Notes: generated by a model not told the origin, from the sequence alone. A stretch of DNA of 64,000 nucleotides from Verrucomicrobiales bacterium (GCA_048260165.1 JBLXHA010000014.1:62882-126881); one strand, 5' to 3'. Positions 1 through 10,493 are shown, numbered from the stretch's first letter. Numbers and translations: made by a program.

Positions 1-222
1 GCCACTTTGAACAGGTTCCGCCGTCGCTGGTGAGACAGGCGCCACAGCTTTCGCCTGCGCTGCGGGACGGCGCGCCGCTTCCATGAAACGCCGCGGCATC
101 CCACCGAGCACGGCCTCAGCCTCCGGCGAAATATTGACGGTCTCATGCCCGCGCTGTTTCTGCGTTTCGAGAATTCCGGCCAAAACCTTCAGGCCTGCCG
201 CTACTGGATGATCACTTCCCAT
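1..222 (-). CDS. hypothetical protein, N-terminal part only (ORF runs off the left edge)
   Basis: ATG at 222-220 on the reverse strand opens a frame that stays open to position 1 (74 codons, MGSDHPVAAGLKVLAGILETQKQRGHETVNISPEAEAVLGG...). It is absent from the track because it has no stop in the window. No diagnostic motif. Confidence 0.3.
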   Translation of the reverse strand, partial: MGSDHPVAAGLKVLAGILETQKQRGHETVNISPEAEAVLGGMPRRFMEAARRPAAQAKAVAPVSPATAEPVQSG

Positions 223-388
223 TTTTGAATCTTATACCGTGTCTTTTAGACAATCTACCCCCAATCAAAAAGAGATCGGTAGAAATGGTATCACTCTTTG
301 TAATCGCAAATTGCCTCTTTTACGCTTTTGATTTCGGGTCAGGAAATGTAAGACTGAATCTAAGTTTCCTATCTAACCTACTTGCAAC

Positions 389-1129
389 ATGTTTAAGCGT
401 ATCGGCAATCTCATCCGCGGTTTCTTCGGCCTCTTCGTCTCCGGTCTTGAAAAGAAAAATCCTCAGGCTCTCCTGGATGTTGAGAAAGAGAATCTCAGAA
501 AGCAGATTTCCGAGTATAACAAAGGACTCGCAGCCCACGCCGGCCTTTGCGAACGCCTCATGTCGCAGGTGAAACGCGAAGAAAAAGAGACCCGCGAGCT
601 GACCGCGAAAGCGACCGCGCACCTCAAAGCAGGCAATCGCAAACTCGCAGGTGAGTACGCCCTCCGCCTTCAAAAAGTGAAAGAGGAGCACGCCGCCAAT
701 GTCGAGCAGCTCCAGGATGCAGAGAAAACTTACGAGGAGCTGAAGAACGCCCGCGATATCGCAGTCACCGCCGCGAGGGACAAAATCGAATCACTCAAAC
801 GCGACATCAGCGAAACACAAATCGCCAAAGCCACCGCGGAACTCAACGAGATGGCGGCGGGAATGATCAACGAAATCGGAGGAGCCGGAGACACGCTCAA
901 TCGACTCGAGGAAATGGTCGCGGAAGAAAAAGAAGTCGCACGAGGTCGTGCGCGTGTCGCCAAAGACAGCATCGACACCAGTGATCTCGATCAAATGGAG
1001 ACGGAACGTGATGCTCTCGAAGAACTTGCCCTCGCCGATTTCGCCGCCGACGCCGGTATCGTGATCGAGGATGAGACCGCAGTTGATTCCGAAGCACCCG
1101 CTTCCGAATCAGAAAAGAAAACCATGTAA
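389..1129 (+). CDS. pspA: PspA/IM30 family membrane-stress protein
   Basis: 246 aa with ATG start. N-terminus MFKRIGNLIRGFFG..LEKKNPQALLD followed by a long coiled-coil with an acidic tail, the typical PspA/IM30 layout. Confidence 0.8.
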   Translation: MFKRIGNLIRGFFGLFVSGLEKKNPQALLDVEKENLRKQISEYNKGLAAHAGLCERLMSQVKREEKETRELTAKATAHLKAGNRKLAGEYALRLQKVKEEHAANVEQLQDAEKTYEELKNARDIAVTAARDKIESLKRDISETQIAKATAELNEMAAGMINEIGGAGDTLNRLEEMVAEEKEVARGRARVAKDSIDTSDLDQMETERDALEELALADFAADAGIVIEDETAVDSEAPASESEKKTM

Positions 1130-1183
1130 AGGCAACCGCCGATCGCTAATCGTCGATCGTCGACCGTCGATCGGCCCGCCTTT
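1128..1183. terminator. imperfect hairpin between convergent genes (possible bidirectional terminator)
   Basis: aaaggc..ccgatcg (1128-1145) can pair with cgatcgg..gccttt (1168-1183), with an internal loop. It lies between the pspA stop and the stop of the minus-strand ORF 1182-1586. No U-tract. Confidence 0.25.
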
Positions 1184-1586
1184 ACTTCGCTACGCCTCCC
1201 GCGAGCGCGATCAGTTTTTCGAGTCGCGCGGGAGACGAGCGGTATTTCCCGTAGGACTTTACGTGGATGATCTCCAGGGCCAGCGTGATCAGCGCCTGAG
1301 CCTGACGGTCGGTGCAGGAAAGTCGACTTTTCAACCCCAGCGCTGTCTCGGCACGGACCGCAGCGGCGCTGTCGCTTACGAGATAGCGACGAATCAGAAC
1401 GCCGGCGATTTCCTGACACAACTCAAGGAGATCTCTCCCCGCCTCTTCGGCAGGAAAACCGGATACCGGGGCTGATCCCTGACGGCCTGAAAACTCACGT
1501 TGGCGGAGATGCGTCGACTGTCTCGTCGCTGTGGCAGTGTCGAAAGAGATGGAGGTGAAAGACTGTGTTCTATTCTTCATGCACAC
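1182..1586 (-). CDS. hypothetical small protein downstream of the WYL regulator
   Basis: 134-aa ORF co-directional with the WYL gene and 111 nt downstream of it. The C-terminal ~90 aa look helical (DLLELCQEIAGVLIRRYL.., QAQALITLALEIIH). No recognisable family, and competing shadow ORFs exist. Confidence 0.3.
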   Translation of the reverse strand: MCMKNRTQSFTSISFDTATATRQSTHLRQREFSGRQGSAPVSGFPAEEAGRDLLELCQEIAGVLIRRYLVSDSAAAVRAETALGLKSRLSCTDRQAQALITLALEIIHVKSYGKYRSSPARLEKLIALAGGVAK

Positions 1587-1697
1587 AGTCTACGCGGGAG
1601 GGTGGGACATCCACGGCCCACCTCCGAATAAATCTATCAATTTGCAGATATTTCGGAAAACCTGATCTTTTTCAGCGAAACGCGATTCCAACGACAA

Positions 1698-2729
1698 TCA
1701 CTGATCAGCAGGGGCTTGGCGATAACGATCCGCAGCTGCAGACAGTTCGCTCTGAACCCGCTCCCGCAACGCTTTCGGCTCGATCGCCTCTGCCTGGGAC
1801 CCGAACCCGAGGACCCATCTCACGACATCCTCGAGCGCATTCAGCAGCATCGTGATCTCGATGACACTTCCGTCCTCCTCAATTTTTACGATCTCCTGAC
1901 TCGGGTGCCAGCGACGCTCCGCGACAACCCTAGCGGCAAACCCACTGAACCGGATGCGCACTGACAAAGCATCGCTGCCCGAACTGTCACCCGACCAGAC
2001 CCCGAAGCTTCCCGCGAAATGATCTTCAAGTTTGAAGTCCCGCGAACGAACAAACTTTTTCGAGGTCAAATGCACGCTCTTCATCCGCTGGACCGCAAAC
2101 GTCCGCCGGGCACCCCTTACCAAATCGTGCCCGATGATGTACCACCCTCCATCAATCTCGACGAGATGATAGGGCTGCAACTGACGCGTCATCGATTCCG
2201 GGTCCTGCAGTTTCTGATATTCGAAATGGAGTTCGCGACTTTCCAGGACCGCCTTGGCGAGACGATTGAAAACGAAGACATCGTGCTCGGTCATCCCCAT
2301 CGATTTCACGGAAAACGCCTGATCGACATCCGACCAGGGAATCGTGACCTGTTCGCTCATGCCGGCCTGAAGACGCTGAAAGCTGCTTCGCAAATTGGCC
2401 TCGAGTGACGAGCCCTTCAACGGGTTCAGCGCGTTCCGGGCGAGGATCAACGCCACGAGATCATCCGCCGTTGTTTCCAGAAAGGGAAACTCGTTCACCG
2501 GTCGCGTGTAAGCATAGCCATGAGACGCATCGATATACGCGATCGGCATATCCAGCTCGTCGCGCATGAAATTGATATCTCTCTGAATCGTCTTTCGATT
2601 CACCTCGAGTTCGCGGGCAATCGTGCTGCAGTTGGGATGATCCCCCCGGCTCACCATCTCATGGATTCGCAGAACACGCTCAAGTGGACGCCGCGTGCCC
2701 TCCGCCTTTTTGTTGGTGCTCTCTGCCAT
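1698..2729 (-). CDS. HTH + WYL domain transcriptional regulator (YafY-like)
   Basis: 343 aa. N-terminal HTH (RVLRIHEMVSRGDHPNCSTIARELEVNRKTIQRDINFMRDEL) and a central WYL-type segment (YHLVEIDGGWYIIGHD). Confidence 0.85.
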   Translation of the reverse strand: MAESTNKKAEGTRRPLERVLRIHEMVSRGDHPNCSTIARELEVNRKTIQRDINFMRDELDMPIAYIDASHGYAYTRPVNEFPFLETTADDLVALILARNALNPLKGSSLEANLRSSFQRLQAGMSEQVTIPWSDVDQAFSVKSMGMTEHDVFVFNRLAKAVLESRELHFEYQKLQDPESMTRQLQPYHLVEIDGGWYIIGHDLVRGARRTFAVQRMKSVHLTSKKFVRSRDFKLEDHFAGSFGVWSGDSSGSDALSVRIRFSGFAARVVAERRWHPSQEIVKIEEDGSVIEITMLLNALEDVVRWVLGFGSQAEAIEPKALRERVQSELSAAADRYRQAPADQ

Positions 2730-2812
2730 CGCCTTACTTAAGAAATCTTAAATAAGACAGCGCGTCAACCGGTAACGCCCCTCACCGCGATCACCCCGGA
2801 GCGGGAAGGCGG

Positions 2813-4102
2813 CTATCGCAACACGAGCCACTCATCCCCCTGACCGGCATTGGCAAAGCGAAGCGGCTTACCTCCCGTCATCGGATTCGGGACCCGGAGA
2901 CGGTAATGCGCGTCGTCAGAGCTGACCTTCGCCGTCCATGCTTTCGACTGCCCGGGGAGAATACCGCGGAGGTCGAAGGTCGCGATGCGCTTTCCCCCGG
3001 CCTCCAGTTCCACCGGCCAGTCGTGATAAAACGGAGCGACGCCACGGTTTTCGACCGTGATCTGAATTTCACCATCAACGACCTGCCACGCCGAAACGTG
3101 AAACTCGTAGCCCAGCAGCTGCGCCGCCTCGATCGCCTTCTGCTTTCGTTCATCCGGGAGAGGAAAACGTTTCTCGAACAAACCTGAATCCAGGAGCCAG
3201 GTCGCATGCGTCGCTCGAACACAGGCCTCGAAGCCCTGTTCCTTTGGATGAGGATTTGACGTGAAACTCTTTTTCCAAAGCTCCGGCCTCAGCTCACCAC
3301 CGATCGGTTGCGTCTTCCATTTTTCCGCAGCCCCGGCCTCTTTCACGAGCGGCATAAAAAACCAGTCATCCTGTTTTCGCCCCGTATCCAGCGTCGCCCA
3401 GTTGAACGAATCGTCGTGGTAACCGAACGGACGAAGGTGATTCGCGGCATGAGCGTAATGATCCCCGCCCGCCGGATATCGCAGAAGCACCGGCGTTTTT
3501 GAAAAGGCCTTTTCATAAGCTTCGAGAACGAGGCGCTCCGTTTCTTTCGACGCCCCGAGCTCCTCTCTAGGGTAGTTATGCCATTCACCCCAGAGCCCTA
3601 ACAAACCGGCAGTGAGATAGCCGACCCGCGGGTCACCGTCATATTTTTCGCCGAGCGCGGCGATGAAGTTCTGCAACGCTCTTCGCAGCCGGGGATCTTC
3701 GTAATCCGGCGTATGACAGATACCGCTGTCACTTTCCTTCGATTCCCACTTCGTCATCCTGACACCTTCTTCGATCAAAAACGGCGGAACGAGAACCCCG
3801 CGATTGGGATACTCCATCATCACGCGAAACGTGAGCTGACACCCGCGCTCCTGAGTGACCTTCAGCACCTTTTCAATCGGCGACCAATCGAAGGAGTCAT
3901 ATCCCGTCATGAAATCATTGATCGCAAAATAGGTGAATTCCATGCTGTGGGGGAAACGCTCCCACGAGTCGGCTTCAACATAGGGCACGAAGCCTTTGAG
4001 CGGATTGTCCGCCGGAGCCGGTGCGTATTTCAACGAGGTTTGCGAATTCCCTGCCGCGGACGAAAGGAGAAGAGCGAACAGGAAAATGGCGAATCGGGTC
4101 AT
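2813..4102 (-). CDS. secreted DUF4832-like (glycoside-hydrolase-like) protein
   Basis: 429 aa with signal peptide MTRFAIFLFALLLSSAAG. Motifs GLLGLWGEWH and THATWLLDS are typical of DUF4832-type proteins. This is a family call from memory. Confidence 0.65.
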   Translation of the reverse strand: MTRFAIFLFALLLSSAAGNSQTSLKYAPAPADNPLKGFVPYVEADSWERFPHSMEFTYFAINDFMTGYDSFDWSPIEKVLKVTQERGCQLTFRVMMEYPNRGVLVPPFLIEEGVRMTKWESKESDSGICHTPDYEDPRLRRALQNFIAALGEKYDGDPRVGYLTAGLLGLWGEWHNYPREELGASKETERLVLEAYEKAFSKTPVLLRYPAGGDHYAHAANHLRPFGYHDDSFNWATLDTGRKQDDWFFMPLVKEAGAAEKWKTQPIGGELRPELWKKSFTSNPHPKEQGFEACVRATHATWLLDSGLFEKRFPLPDERKQKAIEAAQLLGYEFHVSAWQVVDGEIQITVENRGVAPFYHDWPVELEAGGKRIATFDLRGILPGQSKAWTAKVSSDDAHYRLRVPNPMTGGKPLRFANAGQGDEWLVLR

Positions 4103-4183
4103 TTTTGTATAGAGGGCCGTTGAAAGAGTGGCCGCATGACGCCCTTTCCCTGAGCACGATATTCAGGAACCGTTTCCGATACC

Positions 4184-5665
4184 ATGAGAAATTACTTTTT
4201 TGCCCTCCTGAGCTCCCTCTCGCTGCTCGCCTCCTCTTTCGCAGAAGAGGCAAAACCCAACATCGTCCTCATCATGGCCGACGACCTTGGCTGGAGTGAT
4301 CTCGGATGCTACGGAAACGATTTCATCGACACGCCGAACATCGACAGCCTCGCCAAAGACGGGATGCGTTTCACCGACTTCTACGCCGCCGGAGCAGTCT
4401 GCTCTCCGACCCGTTGTGCGGTTCAGTCAGGGCAAAATCAGGCACGCATCGGCATCACCGCTCACATCCCCGGGCACTGGCGTCCTTTCGAAACCGTGCA
4501 AACACCGCTCACGACGATGGCTCTGCCGCTCGACACCGTCACGATCGCTGAATCACTCAAAGGAGCCGGCTACACGACCGGTTACGTCGGAAAATGGCAT
4601 CTCGGGAACGGAGCGGCGTTTCAACCGGAGCACCAGGGATACGACTGGTCCGCCGTTGTCGGTGGCGCGTTTCTCCCCGGAAAATTTCGCGTCCAGCACG
4701 GTGACAAATCCGTCCAGCCGGAACCGGATCAGTTTCGCACCGAATTCGAAGCCGGACTCGCGGAGACCTTCGTAGCGAAGAATTCCGAAAAGCCGTTCTT
4801 TCTCATGGTCTCCCCTTTCGCGGTCCATATTCCACTCGCTTCGAAATCGAGCCTCGTCGAGAAATACGAAAAGAAGGCCGCCGCGATGAACCGGGATCTT
4901 CCGCACCCCGTTTACGCAGGGATGACCGAAGAACTCGATGACCTCGTCGGACGCGTCATCGCCGCGGTCGACGCCGCGGGCGTCACCGAAAAGACGATGA
5001 TCATCTTCACTTCCGACAACGGAGGACTCTATCGCCGCTACGATTACACCCCCGAAGCCGACGATAACGTGACGAACAACGCCCCGCTCCGCGGTGAAAA
5101 AGGTCAGCTTTACGAAGGCGGAATCCGCGTTCCCCTCATCGTGAAATACCCACCGCTCGTGAAGCCCGCGACAGAGACTTCGACCGTCGCGATCAGCTAC
5201 GACTTCTACCCCACCGTCGTCGAGCTGGCCGGAGCAACGCTGCCCGCCAACCAGACGATCGACGGCAAAAGCCTCCTGCCGGTCCTCGCTGACAGCAGCG
5301 CAAAAGTGGGACGTTCCGCGGTCCACTTTCACTACCCGCACTTTCACCATCACCGCCCCGCCTCCGCGATCATCGAAGGAGAGTGGAAGCTGATCCAATA
5401 TCTCGACAACACCAACACGGTGGAACTCTACAATCTGAAATCCGACCTCGGAGAGACCACCGATCTTTCCAAAGAGAAAGCGGGACGAGTTGCCGACCTG
5501 AAGAAGAAACTGCAAATCTGGCAATCGGAAGTGTCGGCAAGAATGCCGATTCCGAATCCTCACTACGACGCCAAACGCGCCGCCGAATGGTGGACGATGA
5601 GCAACGGCAAGCCCCTCGACAGCGCCGCCCGCAAGCGTTTCCCGCCGACGGAGAAGGATTTGTAG
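4184..5665 (+). CDS. sulfatase (arylsulfatase A family)
   Basis: 493 aa with a signal peptide. Has NIVLIMADDLGWSDLGCYG and the formylglycine motif CSPTR(CAVQSG). Confidence 0.9.
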   Translation: MRNYFFALLSSLSLLASSFAEEAKPNIVLIMADDLGWSDLGCYGNDFIDTPNIDSLAKDGMRFTDFYAAGAVCSPTRCAVQSGQNQARIGITAHIPGHWRPFETVQTPLTTMALPLDTVTIAESLKGAGYTTGYVGKWHLGNGAAFQPEHQGYDWSAVVGGAFLPGKFRVQHGDKSVQPEPDQFRTEFEAGLAETFVAKNSEKPFFLMVSPFAVHIPLASKSSLVEKYEKKAAAMNRDLPHPVYAGMTEELDDLVGRVIAAVDAAGVTEKTMIIFTSDNGGLYRRYDYTPEADDNVTNNAPLRGEKGQLYEGGIRVPLIVKYPPLVKPATETSTVAISYDFYPTVVELAGATLPANQTIDGKSLLPVLADSSAKVGRSAVHFHYPHFHHHRPASAIIEGEWKLIQYLDNTNTVELYNLKSDLGETTDLSKEKAGRVADLKKKLQIWQSEVSARMPIPNPHYDAKRAAEWWTMSNGKPLDSAARKRFPPTEKDL

Positions 5666-5722
5666 GCGAACACCCTGTTCGCGCCGGCAAACAGGCTTCA
5701 CCGGCACACAGGAGTGTGTGCC
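5666..5722. terminator. two stem-loops between convergent genes
   Basis: gcgaaca-ccc-tgttcgc at 5666-5682 and a perfect 8-bp stem ggcacaca-ggag-tgtgtgcc at 5703-5722. They sit between the sulfatase stop (5665) and the gpmI stop (5735). No U-tract. Confidence 0.35.
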
Positions 5723-5734
5723 GCACCTGCGGGC

Positions 5735-7273
5735 CTACTTCGCTGCAAGCAGCGAATGACCGGTCATCTCTTTCGGCTGTTCAACGCCTAACAAAGCGAG
5801 AATCGTCGGAGCAATATCAGCGAGTTTTCCGCTGCTGAGAGTAACATCATCCCCGTCGTCGCCGACGTAGATGAGATGAACCAGATTCGTGGTGTGAGCC
5901 GTCTGCGGTGATCCATCCGCGTTGATCATTTCCTCGCAGTTGCCGTGGTCAGCGGTGATGAGCAGCTTACCGCCCAATGAGAGGACTTTCTCGACAACCC
6001 GACGCACGCAATCGTCGATGCACTCGACCGCTTTGATCGCCGCAGGAACGTCACCGGTGTGGCCCACCATGTCGGGGTTCGCGTAGTTGACGATCGCCAT
6101 GTCGTAATTCTCGATGCGATCCAGAATCGTCTGAGTCACGCCTTCAGCGGACATCTCCGGCTTTTCATCATAGGTCGCGACATCCTGAGGAGACTGAAGC
6201 ATCTGCCTGTCCTCACCGGGATTTTCGACCTCAACGCCACCGTTAAAGAAAAAGGAAACGTGCGGGTATTTCTCCGTTTCGGCGATACGCAGCTGAGTCA
6301 AACCCGCCTTCGAAACGACTTCACCGAGCGTGTTCGTGAGTTCCTCAGGAGGAAAAACGACCGGACACCCGTAAGTCTCGTCGTATTCGGTCATCGTGTA
6401 AAAACCGACTTTGGGACTGGCACCACGATCGAACCCGTCGAAATCCTCTTTCAGGAACGCGAGGCTCAACTGACGGGCACGGTCGGCACGGAAGTTGAAA
6501 AACAAAATCACGTCGCCGTCACGGACGCGCTGCTCGTCAACCGCGTCAAAAACCATGGGCTGCATGAATTCGTCGGTGACGTCTTCCGCATATTTTTCAG
6601 CCACCGCTTCGGAAGCCAGAATTTCTTTCGCCTCGCCTTTGCCATGCACGATCGCATCCCAGGCAAGCTTCGTGCGCTCCCACCGCTTGTCGCGATCCAT
6701 CGCAAAGTAACGACCGATCACCGTGGCAATCTTCGCACCCGACTCCGCGAGTTTGTCCTCACAATAGCTGAGATATTTTTTACCGCCGGTCGGGGAAGTG
6801 TCACGACCGTCAGTGATCGCATGCACCATGATGTCATTCACACCCGCCTCTTTCGCCGCCGAAGCGAGCGCACAAAGATGGTCCTGATGACTGTGAACGC
6901 CTCCGTCAGAGACCAGACCGAGAAGGTGAAGCCTCGACCCGGCCGCTTTCGCAAAAGCCTCTTTCAAAACCGCATTCGAGGCAAGTTCGCCGTCATCGAT
7001 CGTCTTGTTGATGCGGGTAAAGTCCTGATAAACCACGCGTCCGGCTCCCAAATTGAGGTGTCCGACCTCGGAATTCCCCATCTGTCCTTCGGGCAGGCCA
7101 ACGTCCAATCCGCTGCAGCTCAAGTGAGCGACGGGATACTTCGCGTGCATTTCATCCGTGAACGGAGTATCCGCAAGTCGCGGACAATCCCCCACCTTCT
7201 CTGCCATCTCGGCACCTGCGGGGTTGTCACCCCATCCATCACGAATAATAAGAACGACTGGTTTTTTGGCCAT
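5735..7273 (-). CDS. gpmI: 2,3-bisphosphoglycerate-independent phosphoglycerate mutase
   Basis: N-terminus MAKKPVVLIIRDGWG, with GNSEVGHLNLGAGR and TADHGNCE. The track ORF start at 7294 is a TTG; the first ATG is at 7273. Confidence 0.93.
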   Translation of the reverse strand: MAKKPVVLIIRDGWGDNPAGAEMAEKVGDCPRLADTPFTDEMHAKYPVAHLSCSGLDVGLPEGQMGNSEVGHLNLGAGRVVYQDFTRINKTIDDGELASNAVLKEAFAKAAGSRLHLLGLVSDGGVHSHQDHLCALASAAKEAGVNDIMVHAITDGRDTSPTGGKKYLSYCEDKLAESGAKIATVIGRYFAMDRDKRWERTKLAWDAIVHGKGEAKEILASEAVAEKYAEDVTDEFMQPMVFDAVDEQRVRDGDVILFFNFRADRARQLSLAFLKEDFDGFDRGASPKVGFYTMTEYDETYGCPVVFPPEELTNTLGEVVSKAGLTQLRIAETEKYPHVSFFFNGGVEVENPGEDRQMLQSPQDVATYDEKPEMSAEGVTQTILDRIENYDMAIVNYANPDMVGHTGDVPAAIKAVECIDDCVRRVVEKVLSLGGKLLITADHGNCEEMINADGSPQTAHTTNLVHLIYVGDDGDDVTLSSGKLADIAPTILALLGVEQPKEMTGHSLLAAK

Positions 7274-7404
7274 AATGAGGCAGTATTCGGGCAAAAACGG
7301 AGCTTTAGCAACTCTTTCAACGGGGCAATCCAGTCACCTGATTTCCGTTTTATTCATTGCCAACCCTGCTCGCGCATTGTTTCATACTGTCAGGAACCCG
7401 ACCC

Positions 7405-8334
7405 ATGCCGGACTCTTCAGCCGACGAAGCCCCAAACGAATCGCCCCCCGCTGAAAAAGTGGCGATTTCCAAGCGACGCACCTTTGTGAATCGTCTGATC
7501 AGTACCGTATGCCTGCTCGCGATTGTGTCAGTGGCATTCTGGTCCTCGCAGGATTGGCTCTACGCGGTGATATTTGCGATTCTCATGCTCGGAGCGCTCA
7601 TCGAGTACTTCCGCCTCTTTCCGATTCGCGGGTTCCGCCGCTTCCGCTGGCAAACCTACGGAGTCACCGTTGCCTATATCGTTTTTCTGTTCGCGCCGTT
7701 CTGGGGATACGAGCCCGCGTGGCTTGCGGAACTCGACGGCCTCGCGATCTCACTGCTCGTGACCCTCGTCGTGATCGAACGCATGCGTTACCCGCTCGAG
7801 GGCTTTCGAACGCTCGATGAAATCGCAGCGACCATCTTCGGGTTTATCTACTGCGTGATTCTATTCAGCTTCGTGCCGAAACTGCTCATGCTTCCGCTCA
7901 CGGACGTCGACGGCAATCCTTCAGCGCACTACTACCTCGCTTTTCTCATCGCCGTCACCAAGCTCACTGACATGGGGGCCTACCTCGTCGGATCCATGAT
8001 TGGCCGGGATAAAATGGCACCTCACGTCAGCCCCGGAAAGACGTGGCAGGGATTCGGCGGCGCGATTCTTTTCGCGCTCCTCGGGAGCTTTGCCTTTTAC
8101 TTCCTCGCGGGAGATAAAATCCCTATCATCACTCCCGTTCACGCGGCGATTCTAGCCGTGATTCTGGGACTGGTTGCAGTACTCGGTGACCTCGCTGAGT
8201 CGATTCTCAAACGCAGCCTCGAGGTAAAAGACAGCGGACAACTCATGCCGGGAATCGGCGGCTTTCTGGATTTGATAGACTCCGTCATCTTCACCGCTCC
8301 CCTGCTCTACATCTACCTGCTCATTTTCGGCTAA
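7405..8334 (+). CDS. cdsA: phosphatidate cytidylyltransferase
   Basis: Multi-TM protein with SPGKTWQGFGG and the C-terminal signature GDLAESILKRSLEVKDSGQLMPGIGGFLD. The track start 7357 is TTG; the first ATG is at 7405, so the start is uncertain. Confidence 0.85.
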   Translation: MPDSSADEAPNESPPAEKVAISKRRTFVNRLISTVCLLAIVSVAFWSSQDWLYAVIFAILMLGALIEYFRLFPIRGFRRFRWQTYGVTVAYIVFLFAPFWGYEPAWLAELDGLAISLLVTLVVIERMRYPLEGFRTLDEIAATIFGFIYCVILFSFVPKLLMLPLTDVDGNPSAHYYLAFLIAVTKLTDMGAYLVGSMIGRDKMAPHVSPGKTWQGFGGAILFALLGSFAFYFLAGDKIPIITPVHAAILAVILGLVAVLGDLAESILKRSLEVKDSGQLMPGIGGFLDLIDSVIFTAPLLYIYLLIFG

Positions 8335-8340
8335 ACTGAT

Positions 8341-9504
8341 ATGCCTGAAGGCCCGCCCCGAAAGAAAGTCGTCGTCCTCGGCTCTACCGGTTCTATCGGT
8401 GAGAGCAGTCTCAAAGTGGCACGGGACCTCCCCGACCGCATCGAATTGATCGGACTCGCCGCGAACCGCAGCGTTGATTCACTGGCCGATCAACTCAACG
8501 AATTCGGGATTCAACAGGGTTGCCTCTATGACCCGACAGGGTTGGATCATCTCAAAACGAAAGTCGCTGACTCGGTTACGCTCCACGCCGGGGAAGATGG
8601 CCTCGTCGAGCTCGCCACGCTCCCTGAAGCCGACATCGTTCTCATCGCGATCGTCGGCGTAGCCGGCCTCCGACCCGCCCTCGCCGCGATCGAAGCGGGG
8701 AAGGACATCGCCGTCGCGAGCAAAGAAATTCTCGTCATGGCAGGTGAAGCGGTCATGACGGCCGCACGCGAAAAGGGCGTCAAAATCCTCCCCGTCGACT
8801 CGGAGCACAACGCCATTTTCCAGTGCCTCGAAGGGAAACCGGCAGACGATGTCTCGCGGCTCATTCTCACCGCATCGGGCGGCCCCTTCCGTGAACTCCC
8901 CGCGAAAGAACTCGCCGATGTCACCGTCGCCCGCGCCCTCAAACACCCCACCTGGGAGATGGGACGGAAAATCTCGATCGACTCGGCGACGCTTTTCAAC
9001 AAAGGCCTCGAAATGATCGAAGCCCGTTGGCTTTTCGACATCGAAATGGACCGGGTCGACGTCATCGTGCACCCCCAGAGCATCGTCCACAGCATGGTCG
9101 AATTCATCGACGGCTCGATCCTCGCCCAGCTCAGCACGACCGATATGTGTTTTCCGATTCAGTATGCCATCACGTGGCCGGACCGGGTCCCTAACACGCT
9201 CACCCCGCTCGATTTTGCGGAACTCGCAAAACTCGACTTCGAACGCCCGCGGTACGAAGATTTCCCCGCACTCAATCTCGCAAAAGAGGCGGGAACAACC
9301 GGCGGCACTCTGCCGGCAGTTCTCAACGCCGCCAACGAAGTCGCGGTCAGTTCCTTCCTTTCGGGCAATCTCAGTTTCCCGGGAATTTGGAATACCGTGG
9401 AAACCGTGATGTCGAATCACGACGTCGCCGAACATCCCTCACTTGAAACGCTGATCGACGCCGATCTCTGGGCGCGCGAGGAAGCCAACCGAATCATTTC
9501 ATGA
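8341..9504 (+). CDS. dxr: 1-deoxy-D-xylulose 5-phosphate reductoisomerase
   Basis: VVVLGSTGSIGESSL, PVDSEHNAIFQCL, LTASGGPF and HPTWEMG are all classic Dxr motifs. It lies directly after cdsA. Confidence 0.95.
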   Translation: MPEGPPRKKVVVLGSTGSIGESSLKVARDLPDRIELIGLAANRSVDSLADQLNEFGIQQGCLYDPTGLDHLKTKVADSVTLHAGEDGLVELATLPEADIVLIAIVGVAGLRPALAAIEAGKDIAVASKEILVMAGEAVMTAAREKGVKILPVDSEHNAIFQCLEGKPADDVSRLILTASGGPFRELPAKELADVTVARALKHPTWEMGRKISIDSATLFNKGLEMIEARWLFDIEMDRVDVIVHPQSIVHSMVEFIDGSILAQLSTTDMCFPIQYAITWPDRVPNTLTPLDFAELAKLDFERPRYEDFPALNLAKEAGTTGGTLPAVLNAANEVAVSSFLSGNLSFPGIWNTVETVMSNHDVAEHPSLETLIDADLWAREEANRIIS

Positions 9505-10493
9505 GCAAGAAAAAGGTAAAAACCTACTCCGGGCGGGTGTGGGTCGGATTCGACCTCGGCGGAACCAAGATGCTCGCCAAGGTGTTCAACGACGACTACC
9601 AGACTCTCGGAAAATCGAAGCAGAAAACGCAGGGAGCCAAAGGTTCCGAAGCCGGGCTCACCCGGATGGAGTCGGTGATCGAAGAAGCCCTCGCCGACGC
9701 AGGCGTGGATTCCTCTCTCATCGCGGGCATCGGCATCGGCTGCCCCGGACCGATCAACCCCGAAACGGGAACGCTCGTCGAAGCACCCAACCTCGGCTGG
9801 CGCAACGTCCCGATCGAAGACGCGATCGGGGAAACCTTCAACTGCCGCACCGTGATTTGTAACGACGTCGATGCGGGCGTTTACGCCGAGTATGAAGAGG
9901 GCGCGGCTCGTGATGCGCGCTGCGCCGTGGGCATTTTTCCCGGCACGGGCATCGGTGCCGGAGCCGTCATCAATGGCAAGATGGTTCAGGGAGCCTCACT
10001 TTCCTGCATGGAGCTCGGCCACATCCCTCTCTATCCCGAAACCTCGGGGCACGGTGAAGACGGAACGACTCTGGAAACGGAATGCTCGCGCCTCAAGATT
10101 GCGACCGAAGCCGCCAGAGCCGCCTACCGCGGACTCGCCCCGAACCTGCTCAACAGCTGCGGAACTGATATCTCGAAAATCACGAGCGGGAAACTCGCCG
10201 CCGCGATCGAAGACGGCGACGAGGAAATCGAACGCATCGTGCGACGCGCCGCGAGCCTCCTCGGATGCGGCGTCGCCACGGTCGTGCATCTCATGGCGCC
10301 GGATGTGATCGTGCTCGGTGGCGGACTCGTCGAAGCGATGCCCGACATCTACCTCGACACCGTTCGTCAGGCGACGATAGACCGCGTCCTCGACACGTAT
10401 AAGGACAGCTTCAGAATCGTCGCCGCAGAGCTCGAAGACGACGCCGGCGTTCTCGGTGCCGCGGCCTGGGCACGGAAGGTGATCGAAGGGTAG
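9501..10493 (+). CDS. ROK family sugar kinase (glucokinase-like)
   Basis: VGFDLGGTKM, GIGCPGPINPETG and NDVDAGVYAE. Its start overlaps the dxr stop (ATGA). Confidence 0.85.
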   Translation: MSKKKVKTYSGRVWVGFDLGGTKMLAKVFNDDYQTLGKSKQKTQGAKGSEAGLTRMESVIEEALADAGVDSSLIAGIGIGCPGPINPETGTLVEAPNLGWRNVPIEDAIGETFNCRTVICNDVDAGVYAEYEEGAARDARCAVGIFPGTGIGAGAVINGKMVQGASLSCMELGHIPLYPETSGHGEDGTTLETECSRLKIATEAARAAYRGLAPNLLNSCGTDISKITSGKLAAAIEDGDEEIERIVRRAASLLGCGVATVVHLMAPDVIVLGGGLVEAMPDIYLDTVRQATIDRVLDTYKDSFRIVAAELEDDAGVLGAAAWARKVIEG

